Below are positions 14,800 through 23,889 of a stretch of 24,916 nt of DNA, one piece after another. Below the pieces are notes generated by a model that saw nothing but the letters and a program-made list of their open reading frames with translations, was not told where the DNA came from and searched no databases. The stretch lies in the NCBI GenBank assembly GCA_032249095.1, contig JAVVGN010000020.1, positions 1 to 24,916 of the forward strand, in the 5' to 3' direction. A program made the position numbers and the translations under genes. Source of the DNA: Candidatus Caldarchaeales archaeon (GTDB lineage: Archaea > Thermoproteota > Nitrososphaeria_A > Caldarchaeales > Calditenuaceae). Within the stretch, counting starts at the first letter, position 1. Each line of letters begins with the position of its first letter.

Positions 14800-15264
14800 G
14801 TGTTTCGGGCTTTGGGCACCGTATAGTGTTGTTTGTCCTTTTCCCTGAATGTGACTTCGTTTCCCCATAAGTCCAACTGTATTGGTACGTTGCCGTGTGT
14901 TGGGGCCACTACTCTTTATGTGTGGGGCCGGTGGAGGGTCTTATCCGAAACGGGTGATGGGGAATAGGAGGATGGTGGAGAGGTTCCACTTGGTGGCGAG
15001 GCCATACGAGATAAAGACACAGAATAAGGAGGTGTAGGGATATTGAAGTTCTATGCAGATGTCCACAGGACTAAGAAGAATAGCGAGAGGTACAGGATAA
15101 CATACAATGCTGACGGAACGACTTTCAGGCATGTAGACAGCCTCGGCGAGATCCCTGCTGGGCCCGGAGACAGGCTATTCATGGCTACACTACCACCCCA
15201 GCATACTGACGTTGCTGTAGAACTCTATGGAGGGGAGTGGAGGTCTATTATCTTAGGAGGCTTA
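14800..15264 (+). pseudogene. IS110-like element remnant E (leader with an internal deletion plus a frameshifted, 3'-truncated recombinase N-terminus)
   Basis: ccgtatagtgttgtttgtcc at 14819. TTG 15043 gives KFYADVHRTKKN... There is a 1-nt deletion near 15215-15235. Homology ends at about 15264. Confidence 0.6.
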
Positions 15265-15335
15265 GGACCAAGTTTTTATGCGGGGCTTGGGGATGGCCTT
15301 GTGTGGCTAGGGTATCTAGGCTGCTCGGTCTGCTG

Positions 15336-15539
15336 ATGATGATGTTCTCGCCCACCGGGTTCATCCTCTATACACTCTGGATCTTTGGGTACATACCTGG
15401 CCTCGACCCCTGGCTCGCGGTGCTGGTAACGAACTACGCCATCGCTACCGCCTTCTTCGGCGTGCTAGGCGTCCTGGGATATCTGGTCCTGACGGCGCCT
15501 AGGGAGCATAGGAGGAGGGGTGAGGGGCAGCGTGAGTAA
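15336..15539 (+). CDS. Small hypothetical membrane protein (67 aa, 2 TM)
   Basis: MMMFSPTGFILYTLWIFGY..VLGVLGYLVL. The upstream part of track ORF 15237-15539 is IS remnant. Confidence 0.4.
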   Translation: MMMFSPTGFILYTLWIFGYIPGLDPWLAVLVTNYAIATAFFGVLGVLGYLVLTAPREHRRRGEGQRE

Positions 15540-16380
15540 ACGTTACCCAGCGGTCTCGGGATACTTCTACGAGTCCAACCCAGAGAGGCTTAGGAGACAG
15601 ATAGAGGCGTGCTTCAGGTCTCCGCACGGTCCCGGAGCCCTGCCAGCTTGGGGCGGAGCTAGGAGACCCCCCATCATCGTCTCACCACACGCTGGCTACA
15701 TCTACTCTGGGCCTGTGGCGGCCCACGGCTTCCTCGAAGCCTCTAGGCGTTCGCGTCCGGAGACGGTGGTGATAATTGGGCCGAATCATCACGGGGAGGG
15801 GACGGAGGTCTCGGTGTATCCTGAGGGAACGTGGGTAACTCCTCTCGGGGAGGCGAGGATAGATCTGGGCTTAGCCAAGCGACTCATAGAGGTCAGCGAC
15901 CTCATCTCGATGGACGAGTATAGCCACGCCTACGAGCACTCGATAGAGGTTCAGCTACCATTCCTACAATACATCTATGGCGAGTTCTCCTTCGTCCCGA
16001 TATGTATGCTTAACCAGTCGATCGACGCCGCGCTTCACGTCGGAGAGGCCTTGGACAAGGCGATCAGCGACCCCAGCAAAGTCTTGGTGATAGCTAGCTC
16101 AGACTTCACACACTACGAGCCGCATGACGAGACTGTGAGGCGTGACAGGCCGGTCATAGAGAGGATCTTGGCCCTCGATATCGAGGGTTTCTACTCAGAG
16201 ATGAGGGACAGGGGGGCGACGCTCTGCGGCTACGGAGCTATAGCGGCCGCGATGCATTATGCAAAGCTCAAGGGGTACAGGTCCACGAAGCTCCTAAAAT
16301 ACGCTACAAGCGGAGACACCAGTGGAGACAAGTCGGCGGTGGTCGGCTACGCCTCAATAATCCTCGACGCGCCCGAGTAG
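15520..16380 (+). CDS. amrB: MEMO1-family protein (AmmeMemoRadiSam system protein B)
   Basis: PAVSGYFY, SPHAGYIYSG, IGPNHHG, EHSIEVQLPFLQY, SSDFTHY, CGYGAI. Confidence 0.85.
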   Translation: MRGSVSKRYPAVSGYFYESNPERLRRQIEACFRSPHGPGALPAWGGARRPPIIVSPHAGYIYSGPVAAHGFLEASRRSRPETVVIIGPNHHGEGTEVSVYPEGTWVTPLGEARIDLGLAKRLIEVSDLISMDEYSHAYEHSIEVQLPFLQYIYGEFSFVPICMLNQSIDAALHVGEALDKAISDPSKVLVIASSDFTHYEPHDETVRRDRPVIERILALDIEGFYSEMRDRGATLCGYGAIAAAMHYAKLKGYRSTKLLKYATSGDTSGDKSAVVGYASIILDAPE

Positions 16381-16381
16381 C

Positions 16382-17785
16382 CTAAGCTCCTCCAGGTTCG
16401 TTGAAGCGGTGATGAGCCTCGTCAGAGTAGGCGTGGTACTTGAGTATGATGGGGCACCACTCCCTCTCGGGGCAGTACCCGAGATGCATACACTTCTCGC
16501 CCATGAGTCCCCTAAGCCACGGAGCAGCCCTCTCGACCTCCCTCCAAACCTTGTAGGCCAAAGCCCTCTCCTCCCACTGGGCCGCGCTACAGGTCCTCGT
16601 CGCTACGAAGCCCATGGGGCTGAGTAGGTTGAAGAGATTATAGACCCTGATGACCCTGACCCTCATCGCGTTGGGTAGGGCATAAAGGGCTGCGACGCCC
16701 TCGCCGTCGCCCACTAGGGTCTGGTAGAGCTCGCAGAGCTCGCTACACGCGTCCATGAAATGTTTGTACTTGGTTTCAGAGGACTTGATCTGGGGGGGAG
16801 CCACGGTTCTCCGCTCGGGGCTTCTCACCCACATCTCCGCCGCCTCCACGATGGACTCAACAGTGGTAGGGATCGTCCTGTGTCGGATTGCCTGGTGATA
16901 GGCCGCTAGCGAGAGAGACTCCACCGTCACCGCCCTCACGAGACCAGACATCTGCTCCGCCGCGACATCGTTCCTGAGCAGATCCTCCACTCCCTCAACG
17001 TGATCGAGCCTTAGAAGTTCGGCCTCAGCCGCCGGTCCATCGCCGCAGAGGCGCTGGACCAGGCCATCTGGGGGCCTCAGCGGGTCCGTGGGTGCGTAAT
17101 AGCACCACCTAGAGCTGAACTTTAGCCTCGCTTCGAGGAGGAGCGGCATACTATTGGCAGCCAGCTCGGTGATTTTGCTCGCGATCAGTCTGATCTCTTC
17201 GGTGACAAGCCCGATCCCACGCCTACTCTTCATTATCAGGTAGACATGGGATTCTAACGGCAGAGTTGCATAGAGGGAGGTGGCTGATGAGAGGGGCAGG
17301 ACGTACCTCGCGTCCTCGAGGTCGACGCCGCCCTGTATGAGCTGTGAGTAGACCCTGTAGCACCTGTCCATCACCCGCTCGTACGGGCTCTCTAGACGCT
17401 TCCCCCTAAGCTCCGCCGGGGTCAATATTCGCTCCCTAGACAGCTGGGCCCTCCTCTGGCTCTCCTGTAGATAGCTCCCGAAGTTTGGGGCGACGAGGAG
17501 CATCGAGGATAGTCGGCTACAGTTGGTTATCTCCCAGAAGAGAACGGCGGAGGTTGTGAGCGATGCGTGGCCCCTACGGGTCGACTCCCAGTGGACCCTC
17601 CCGGCGAGCTTTCTGACGTCCTTCCCGCGAGAGCGGAGATGCGACAACCTCTCCTTCACGCCCACACCCTGAAAGGTCCCAACCCCTTCTAGCGCCAGAA
17701 CCTCGTCAGGTCCGAGAGTGAGCTCTCCGTCCGCGTAGGTGGGCCCGACCGAGAGGAGCGTCAGGTCCAAGTCCGTGGTGTACAT
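16382..17785 (-). CDS. Tandem-repeat ThyX-like (Thy1 family) protein
   Basis: Repeat 1 has GHASL.., ..YLQESQRR, ARYVLPL. Repeat 2 has RHRTIPTTVES (RHR-X7-S), LYALPN, AAQWEERA, APW. Confidence 0.65.
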   Translation of the reverse strand: MYTTDLDLTLLSVGPTYADGELTLGPDEVLALEGVGTFQGVGVKERLSHLRSRGKDVRKLAGRVHWESTRRGHASLTTSAVLFWEITNCSRLSSMLLVAPNFGSYLQESQRRAQLSRERILTPAELRGKRLESPYERVMDRCYRVYSQLIQGGVDLEDARYVLPLSSATSLYATLPLESHVYLIMKSRRGIGLVTEEIRLIASKITELAANSMPLLLEARLKFSSRWCYYAPTDPLRPPDGLVQRLCGDGPAAEAELLRLDHVEGVEDLLRNDVAAEQMSGLVRAVTVESLSLAAYHQAIRHRTIPTTVESIVEAAEMWVRSPERRTVAPPQIKSSETKYKHFMDACSELCELYQTLVGDGEGVAALYALPNAMRVRVIRVYNLFNLLSPMGFVATRTCSAAQWEERALAYKVWREVERAAPWLRGLMGEKCMHLGYCPEREWCPIILKYHAYSDEAHHRFNEPGGA

Positions 17786-17880
17786 GCGCCACTCTTCAAG
17801 CGGACCCCGCGCTAAAAACAGTATCCCCCGCCCTCATAAGTGTGGCTGCAGAGGGCCCCTAGAGCTGGCGGACGGGGAGG

Positions 17881-18360
17881 ATGGGGGAGGGAGATATAAT
17901 AATATGCTCCAGGCCGACTTTATCTTCGGCTTTGGGGGCAGCGGGCGAGGCTGTACAGCCCAAGAGACTCTACAGATCTTCTCGCCACAAGATTGTGGCC
18001 GGGGTCTTAGGTGGTGTGGGAGAGTACTTGGGGGTTGATCCGAACATTATCAGGCTGATTTTCGCCGTAGTCCTAGTCCTGAACCCGTATGTTGCCTTGG
18101 CCAGCTACGTGGCCGCGGCTATCCTCCTCCCGAGCGAGGAGGAGGGCCAGACAACTAGGGTGAGCGTGGAGAGGGCGGTGTTAGCTGTCACCGCGCTCAT
18201 CATGATCTTCGTTGGGCTTAACTTCGTCTCATCCATCACGCCTGTGCAGCAGATAATAGCGTTGTTGGGCCTAGTTACCCCGATAATCGGGCTGGTCCTC
18301 CTAGTCGCGGGGGTCGCCCTGCTGCTTAGCGTGCTTCGAGAGAAGGGGAAACCTCCCTAG
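17881..18360 (+). CDS. PspC-domain membrane protein
   Basis: RLYRSSRHKIVAGVLGGVGEYLGVDPNIIRLIF is followed by hydrophobic segments. Confidence 0.75.
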   Translation: MGEGDIIICSRPTLSSALGAAGEAVQPKRLYRSSRHKIVAGVLGGVGEYLGVDPNIIRLIFAVVLVLNPYVALASYVAAAILLPSEEEGQTTRVSVERAVLAVTALIMIFVGLNFVSSITPVQQIIALLGLVTPIIGLVLLVAGVALLLSVLREKGKPP

Positions 18361-19504
18361 CCCTTGCCCTAGAGGCCGCAAACATCAGCCCTAGGGGGAG
18401 TATAGAGAAGAGGGCTGAGTATAGGAACATGTCCGCGTATCCCGCTATCTCAGCTAGGGAGCCCCAGAGGTATCCGCCGATGACCCCACCGAGGCTGAAA
18501 GTGAATCCGTAGAGCCCCATGAAGGCTCCGCGCACAGCCTCGGGCATGAGGTCTGAGGCATAGGCGATAGAGACGACGTAGAGGCCTCCAAACGTCAAGG
18601 CGTTGAGGGACTGGGTAAGGGCGACCGCCAAGCTGTCGTTTAGGGCGCCTGTCAGCCCAAGCCTCAGCGGAAACGCGAGGAGGCATATCGCGAGTACGGG
18701 CCTCCTACCAACCCTGTCGGAGAGCCTCCCGAAGTAGATCATGGCCGGTATCTCCGCCAGACCCATTAGTGCGAAGGCGAGAGAGATCTCGATGGGAGAG
18801 GCTCCGAGGCTGTTCGCCATGTGGAGGGGGAGGAAGCTTACGAGCGCGGAGTTGGCCGTGAACGCCAGGGTTAGCATTAGGAGGAGCAGCCCAGACGGCC
18901 CCCTCAATAGGATCCGCGCCCTAACCCCGCTCCCCCTCGACTCCCTCTCGCCATGGAACTCGCGGAGCGGTAAGAGAATGATTGCGGATGAGAGTGTTAT
19001 TATTCCGGTCATTATGAAGACGCCTTCGAGCCCCATAGCGCTCGCTATGGCTCCTCCAGAAAGGGAGCCTGGGATCCAGCCTATGCTCCCGCCTATCCTT
19101 ATCTGCCCGAACCCCTCCCCTCGGGAGGCTCCCGCTCTGTCCAGCGAGTCTATGGTGTAGGCGGTCGCTAAGGTGATTGAGGCCGAGAAACAAGCCATGA
19201 AGACGGTGTATATCGACGCAAGGAGTAGGGGGTCGGTGGACCACGGGATAAGCATGACCATTACTCCGCCGGCGAGAAGGTTTGGCTGCAGCACCCTCAG
19301 CCTACCCAACGCGTCCGAGACGCGGCCCATATAGTAGCCGTAGAGTCCGGACACAATGCTTGAGACGCTGAAGACGAGGCCGACCTGGCTCGGACTGAGG
19401 CCCCTACTCTCGAGAAGGATCGGAAAGAAAGGCATTGAGATCGCGACTGAGAGGAAGATGAGGAAGTACCAGGCACGAAGCGCCGAGAGGGGGGATAAAC
19501 TCAT
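18326..19504 (-). CDS. MFS transporter
   Basis: About 12 hydrophobic segments, with the MFS loop motif GRLSDRVGRRPV. Confidence 0.8.
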   Translation of the reverse strand: MSLSPLSALRAWYFLIFLSVAISMPFFPILLESRGLSPSQVGLVFSVSSIVSGLYGYYMGRVSDALGRLRVLQPNLLAGGVMVMLIPWSTDPLLLASIYTVFMACFSASITLATAYTIDSLDRAGASRGEGFGQIRIGGSIGWIPGSLSGGAIASAMGLEGVFIMTGIITLSSAIILLPLREFHGERESRGSGVRARILLRGPSGLLLLMLTLAFTANSALVSFLPLHMANSLGASPIEISLAFALMGLAEIPAMIYFGRLSDRVGRRPVLAICLLAFPLRLGLTGALNDSLAVALTQSLNALTFGGLYVVSIAYASDLMPEAVRGAFMGLYGFTFSLGGVIGGYLWGSLAEIAGYADMFLYSALFSILPLGLMFAASRARAREVSPSLEAR

Positions 19505-19618
19505 CTACCCAACGGGTAGGCCCCAAACATATATACCTGAGCAGAGCGGTTTCGCAACCGCCACTCTCCACAGTATCTGTCAAAAACTAAAATATGTGGC
19601 GAGGAGGGTAGGCTTGGG

Positions 19619-20161
19619 ATGCGCCTCTCCAGCCTGGCTCTATATGTTTTCCTAGGGCTTGCGGTCTGCTCGAGCTCTGTTTGGGGTTATCTCGCACTAA
19701 CTAGGCCCATGGGGGCGGAGGCTATGCGGGGCCTCACCGAGCGGGCGGGGGAGGCGGAAGGGGCCCTTGCTTTCCAGGCGGAGACGGCTGCTTCGTGGAT
19801 CTCCTTGGCCTCCTGGGCAGCGGTAGCGGCGACCCTCGCATATAAGGGAGTTGTGAGGCACCTCTGGTCCAAGAGCATGTTTGACTACTCCATCTTCAGG
19901 CTCATGGTCAGGATGAGGGGCGCCTCCACGAGGGTCAGGATGCTGCGGAGCCTCGAGAGGCCCATGAATCGCTACCAGCTGGCGAGGGAGCTAGGTATTG
20001 ACTGGAAGACTGTGGACAGGAACATCGAGTTGCTGAAGAGCCACGGCCTCATTCTAGAGAGCCAGGGCGGGGCTGGCGAGAGGTTTTACACCCTGAGCCC
20101 CTACGGGCAGAAGCTCCTAGATCTTCTGGAGCAGCTGAGCGACGAGCCGCGGCAAGGCTAG
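19619..20161 (+). CDS. Membrane-anchored ArsR-like winged-helix regulator
   Basis: N-terminal TM segments. The C-terminal RMLRSLERPMNRYQLARELGIDWKTVDRNIELLKSHGLI is wHTH-like. Confidence 0.65.
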   Translation: MRLSSLALYVFLGLAVCSSSVWGYLALTRPMGAEAMRGLTERAGEAEGALAFQAETAASWISLASWAAVAATLAYKGVVRHLWSKSMFDYSIFRLMVRMRGASTRVRMLRSLERPMNRYQLARELGIDWKTVDRNIELLKSHGLILESQGGAGERFYTLSPYGQKLLDLLEQLSDEPRQG

Positions 20162-20261
20162 GCCAGCCACACAGCGCCCACAAGCACTCTAGAGGAATCT
20201 TTATCACTCTCTCGGCGTCAGAATTCGCGGCTTGGCCTTATCGACTAGGGCTGGTGTTGTG

Positions 20262-21368
20262 ATGCAGGCCGGTCTCCCGAGGCCATACACCTCCTCGAGG
20301 CCGGTAGTGGTCATGGACCTTATGCTGCTCGGCCCCTATAGAGGTGAGGTGCTTGTTAGGGTTGATGCCGCGGGCCTCTGCCACTCAGACCTCGCGGTCA
20401 TAGAGGGTGTGAGAAGGCCTCCCCTCCCGATAGTCCTGGGCCACGAGTGTACGGGCATGGTCGTGGAGGTGGGTGAGGGGGTCACCTCGGTCAAGAGGGG
20501 CGACAGGGTAGTCCTCTCCTTCGCGCAGAGCTGCGGCACATGCATCTACTGTGTCTCGGGCCGCCCAACCCTATGCGAGCCAGGGAGAGCTGCGAACAAC
20601 GAGGGGAGACTCGTGACTGGGGGCACGAGGTTCAGGATCGACGATAGGGAGGTCCACCACCACCTCGGAGTCTCCGCCTTCTCCCAGTACATAGTCGTTC
20701 CCGAGTCCTCCGCAATACCAGTCAAGGTAGACATCTCTCCGGAGAGGTTAGCCCTCTTCGGCTGCGCGGTACCCACGGCCTTCGGTGCAGTGATAAACGT
20801 GGCTCGGGTCAGGCCCGGCTCAAGCGTCGCGGTCTTCGGATGCGGCGGGCTAGGTCTAAACCTAGTCCAGGCGGCTAAGCTGGCAGGCGCGTCCCGGATC
20901 ATAGCCGTCGACCTTAGGGCCGAGAAACTCAGGAGGGCTGAGGCGCTAGGCGCGACCGACCTAGTTGACGCCTCGAGGGAGGACCCCGTCTCGAGAGTGA
21001 GGGGCCTGACGGAGGGGCGTGGCGCCGACTACTCCTTCGAGGCCACGGGGATAACAAAGGTCATGGAGCAGGCCTTCCTCGCGACAAGGAAGGGTGGCGT
21101 AACAGTGATACTGGGCGTCACGTCACCCGAGGACAGGCTGGTACTACCATCATGGACCATCGTGGGCGAGGAGCGAGTCGTCACAGGAGCCTACATGGGC
21201 TCCGTCGTCCCCCGCAGAGACATCCCCATGCTCCTAGAGCTCTACGCCTCAGGCAGGATCAAGCTCGACGAAATAATAACGGATACGATCAAGCTGGAGG
21301 AGATAAACGAGGGGCTGGAGAGGCTGGCCTCGGGCGAGGCCGTTCGACAGATAGTCAAGACTTGGTGA
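20262..21368 (+). CDS. Zn-dependent alcohol dehydrogenase (MDR family)
   Basis: GLCHSD, GHECTGMVVEVG, the structural Zn cluster CGTCIYC, and GCGGLG. ATG 20262 is preferred over the track's TTG 20232. Confidence 0.85.
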   Translation: MQAGLPRPYTSSRPVVVMDLMLLGPYRGEVLVRVDAAGLCHSDLAVIEGVRRPPLPIVLGHECTGMVVEVGEGVTSVKRGDRVVLSFAQSCGTCIYCVSGRPTLCEPGRAANNEGRLVTGGTRFRIDDREVHHHLGVSAFSQYIVVPESSAIPVKVDISPERLALFGCAVPTAFGAVINVARVRPGSSVAVFGCGGLGLNLVQAAKLAGASRIIAVDLRAEKLRRAEALGATDLVDASREDPVSRVRGLTEGRGADYSFEATGITKVMEQAFLATRKGGVTVILGVTSPEDRLVLPSWTIVGEERVVTGAYMGSVVPRRDIPMLLELYASGRIKLDEIITDTIKLEEINEGLERLASGEAVRQIVKTW

Positions 21369-21397
21369 AGCGGCGCCGGCTATTAATGAGCTTAATT

Positions 21398-21410
21398 GTT
21401 GGACACTATC
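21398..21410. repeat. Solo IS6-type terminal repeat
   Basis: The reverse complement of gttggacactatc matches gatagtgtccaaa of 11949 and 24510 at 12 of 13 positions. Confidence 0.4.
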
Positions 21411-21456
21411 CTAAGTTAAATAAACAAGCTTTTAGCATAGAATTCGCCTAAAGCTC

Positions 21457-21586
21457 ATGCTTCTGTCCTCGGGTATCCGTATAGCGTTGTCTGTCCCTTT
21501 CCCCTGAATATTACCTCGTTTCCCCATAGGTCTAGTTGTATTGGCATGTTTCCGTGTTCTATGTCTAGTATGTGTCTTAGTTTATG
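21457..21586 (+). mobile_element. IS110-like element fragment D (first ~130 nt of the leader only)
   Basis: ccgtatagcgttgtctgtccctttcccctgaatattacc.. aligns to 7480-, 12075- and 14819-. Homology stops where the IS5-like mini-element region begins. Confidence 0.6.
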
Positions 21587-21629
21587 CTTTGTGGCTTAAT
21601 TGTTAAATCCTCTGTTTTTTGTTGCTTAT

Positions 21630-21956
21630 TTACGAACTCATCTCTAAAATTCCGTATCTTAGGTGTATGGTTATTGGTGCTATTGTTGTTTGGGCTTTGT
21701 ATGTTGATTCTAGCCTCTCATACCATACCCCTTCATCATGCCACTTCTTAAGCCTCCTCCAAGCAGTCTTATACGAGCCATACTCTAGAGGCATATCCAT
21801 CCACCTACACCCAGTGGTAAGAACATACAGTATACCATTCAAGACTATTCTATCATCAGCCCTAGGCCTACCAACCCTAAACCTAGGAGTAAGAAAAGGC
21901 CTAATGATATCCCACTCATAATCGCTAAGTTCACGAAGCCTCATAAAGAAAACCAA
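21630..21956 (-). CDS. IS5-family transposase N-terminal (DUF4096-type HTH) fragment; the DDE domain is absent
   Basis: LSDYEWDIIRPFL..GRPRADDRIVLNGILYVLTTGCRWMDMP..YGSYKTAWRRLKKWHDEGVW. Confidence 0.65.
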   Translation of the reverse strand: MVFFMRLRELSDYEWDIIRPFLTPRFRVGRPRADDRIVLNGILYVLTTGCRWMDMPLEYGSYKTAWRRLKKWHDEGVWYERLESTYKAQTTIAPITIHLRYGILEMSS

Positions 21957-21993
21957 GAAAGAGAAGCTTAAATAATTTTGAGATGAGGTCTAC
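21631..21993 (-). mobile_element. 363-bp IS5-like mini-element with about 20-bp imperfect TIRs
   Basis: tacgaactcatctctaaaatt (21631-21651) is inverted relative to aattttgagatgaggtcta (21974-21992). Confidence 0.55.
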
Positions 21994-22431
21994 GTTTACC
22001 TCTTGCGACGGAGAAGTGTGGTGTCTTCGCTCCTACTAGTGCAGAGTTTATGTTCCTAGTCAGGATGTCATGCATTGGTACGAGGTCTGGATATGTTGCA
22101 AACGCGTATGATGCCTTATAAGTGGGCGCCAGCTCTGTATTTCCGTCCTTATTCTCTATGCCAGCGGATTATCCAGAATTGCGGCACTGCCGGTAAATCC
22201 CTATTCTTGAATTAGTAGAGACCGAATCTCAGTGTTGTTAAGAAGGCGAAAAACTTGAAAGCGGCTTCTTTCTTTTTTGAGTACTTGTTTATTCCGGGCC
22301 CGTGAACATATATTTCTGACAATCGAGCCAGTTCTCTGTCAACGTAGCGGCCTGGAGTAGGAGCTACGCCTATCTTGTCATGCACTAATGGCGCTTTCTG
22401 GGGGTCTCTTAGCTCGCCGAGGACCGCATTC

Positions 22432-23070
22432 TTATTCTAGCGGGACGGCGGCGTCTCGTCGAGGCTTCAGGTAGCGCCTCATACCCTCCTCATACCTCCT
22501 TATCGCCTCTCCATACATCCTCAGAGTATACTCGATCTCGTCGAGGCCCTCGATGAGCCACTGTTTGACGGCAGGCTCCAGCGAGAATCTCAGGACGCCC
22601 CCCTCTGGGAGGGATATGGACTCTCTCTCCACGTCTATGTCGAGGACCATGCTGCCTGAGGCCGCTCTAGACCTCAGGTTGTGGAGCACTTCCTCCTCAA
22701 GCCTTATGCAGAGGAGACCATTCTTCACCGAGTTGGCGTAGAAGATGTCTCCGAAGGAGGAGGCTATGACGCACCTGATCCCGAAGTCCATCAGGGCCCA
22801 GACGGCGTTCTCGCGGGACGACCCGATCCCGAAGTTCCTGCCCGCCACCAGGATAACGGCGTCCCTGAACTCCGGCCGGTCTAGGACGAATCCCTCCTTC
22901 GGGCGCCCCTGCTCGTCGAACCTCCACCTATAGAACAGGTATTTACCGAGGCCCTTCCTCGTGAGGACCTTCAGGAACTGGGCAGGTATGATCTGGTCCG
23001 TGTCTACGTCGTCCATATCCAGCGGCGCCGCCTTCCCCACCACTCGCCTAACGGCTCCTCGCTCCACCAT
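22432..23070 (-). CDS. leuD: 3-isopropylmalate/homoaconitate dehydratase small subunit
   Basis: DTDQIIPAQFLK, and GRNFGIGSSRENAVWAL..GI.CVIASSFGDIFYAN..KNGLL. Confidence 0.85.
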   Translation of the reverse strand: MVERGAVRRVVGKAAPLDMDDVDTDQIIPAQFLKVLTRKGLGKYLFYRWRFDEQGRPKEGFVLDRPEFRDAVILVAGRNFGIGSSRENAVWALMDFGIRCVIASSFGDIFYANSVKNGLLCIRLEEEVLHNLRSRAASGSMVLDIDVERESISLPEGGVLRFSLEPAVKQWLIEGLDEIEYTLRMYGEAIRRYEEGMRRYLKPRRDAAVPLE

Positions 23071-23188
23071 GCTTCAATATGCTTCATGGTTATCGAGACA
23101 GGATAAATAGTTTCCTAAGCGAGTCGGGTGATTCTCGGCCTGCAGCTAGTCTCCTGTAGGAGGCTATGAGTGTTTCCGATCTGGGCAT

Positions 23189-23889
23189 GGTACTGTCAAG
23201 TTGGTATTACCTCTTCTCCTCTGGCCTGATGATGTTGTGCATCGCTGCAATTGCAGTTATCAACTCTTCTAGGCTCTTCAGTGTCTTCGCGTTTATGTTG
23301 TTGTGGAACCTCTTGGTCCTTTCCTTCATTTCTCTGAACCACCTCTTTATCCTGTTCCTATTCCCGAAGGTCTCGTGGATGTAGGTTATTCCAAGCCTAT
23401 CCAATGCCCATCTATACCACGCTCCTCTATCCACAACTATGAGTGGCTTACATTCACATGAGTCCAATACCTTCCTTAGGAACTTGACTGCGCTTGGAAT
23501 CCCTCTTCCCTTCGACGCGTATACAGCCAATACCTCTTTGGTATCCACATCTATTGCGGCCCATAGATAACAGGTCTGACCACTCACCTTCAGGACTGTC
23601 TCATCTACAGCGACCAGCCTCCTCATCCTTCTGGAAGGCCTGAAGATAGAGGAGAACCTGTGGACCCATATCCTGACCGATTCCCTAGATGCGCCGGTGA
23701 GACATAGCCTCTCGGATAGATCCCTCAAGCTAAGGCCCGCTATGAAGAGAAAGACGGAATAGAGCTTCTCGAGAGGAGAGTACCTATGGAACCGAAATAG
23801 ATTGGAGAAAGAGTCCAGTACCGCGTCGATGACGTGCATCACGGCCAGAGACCGATCCCAAAAGGCCTTAAGTAAAACTTGTCAGTACC
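23189..23889 (-). mobile_element. IS6-family insertion sequence (701 bp)
   Basis: TIRs are ggtactgtcaagtt (23189-23202) and aacttgtcagtacc (23876-23889), matching at 13 of 14. A single transposase ORF lies inside. Confidence 0.8.
23207..23842 (-). CDS. IS6-family DDE transposase
   Basis: VAVDETVLKV, WAAIDVDTKEVL, VVDRGAWY, and the NRIKRWFREMKERTKRF pattern. Confidence 0.85.
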   Translation of the reverse strand: MMHVIDAVLDSFSNLFRFHRYSPLEKLYSVFLFIAGLSLRDLSERLCLTGASRESVRIWVHRFSSIFRPSRRMRRLVAVDETVLKVSGQTCYLWAAIDVDTKEVLAVYASKGRGIPSAVKFLRKVLDSCECKPLIVVDRGAWYRWALDRLGITYIHETFGNRNRIKRWFREMKERTKRFHNNINAKTLKSLEELITAIAAMHNIIRPEEKR

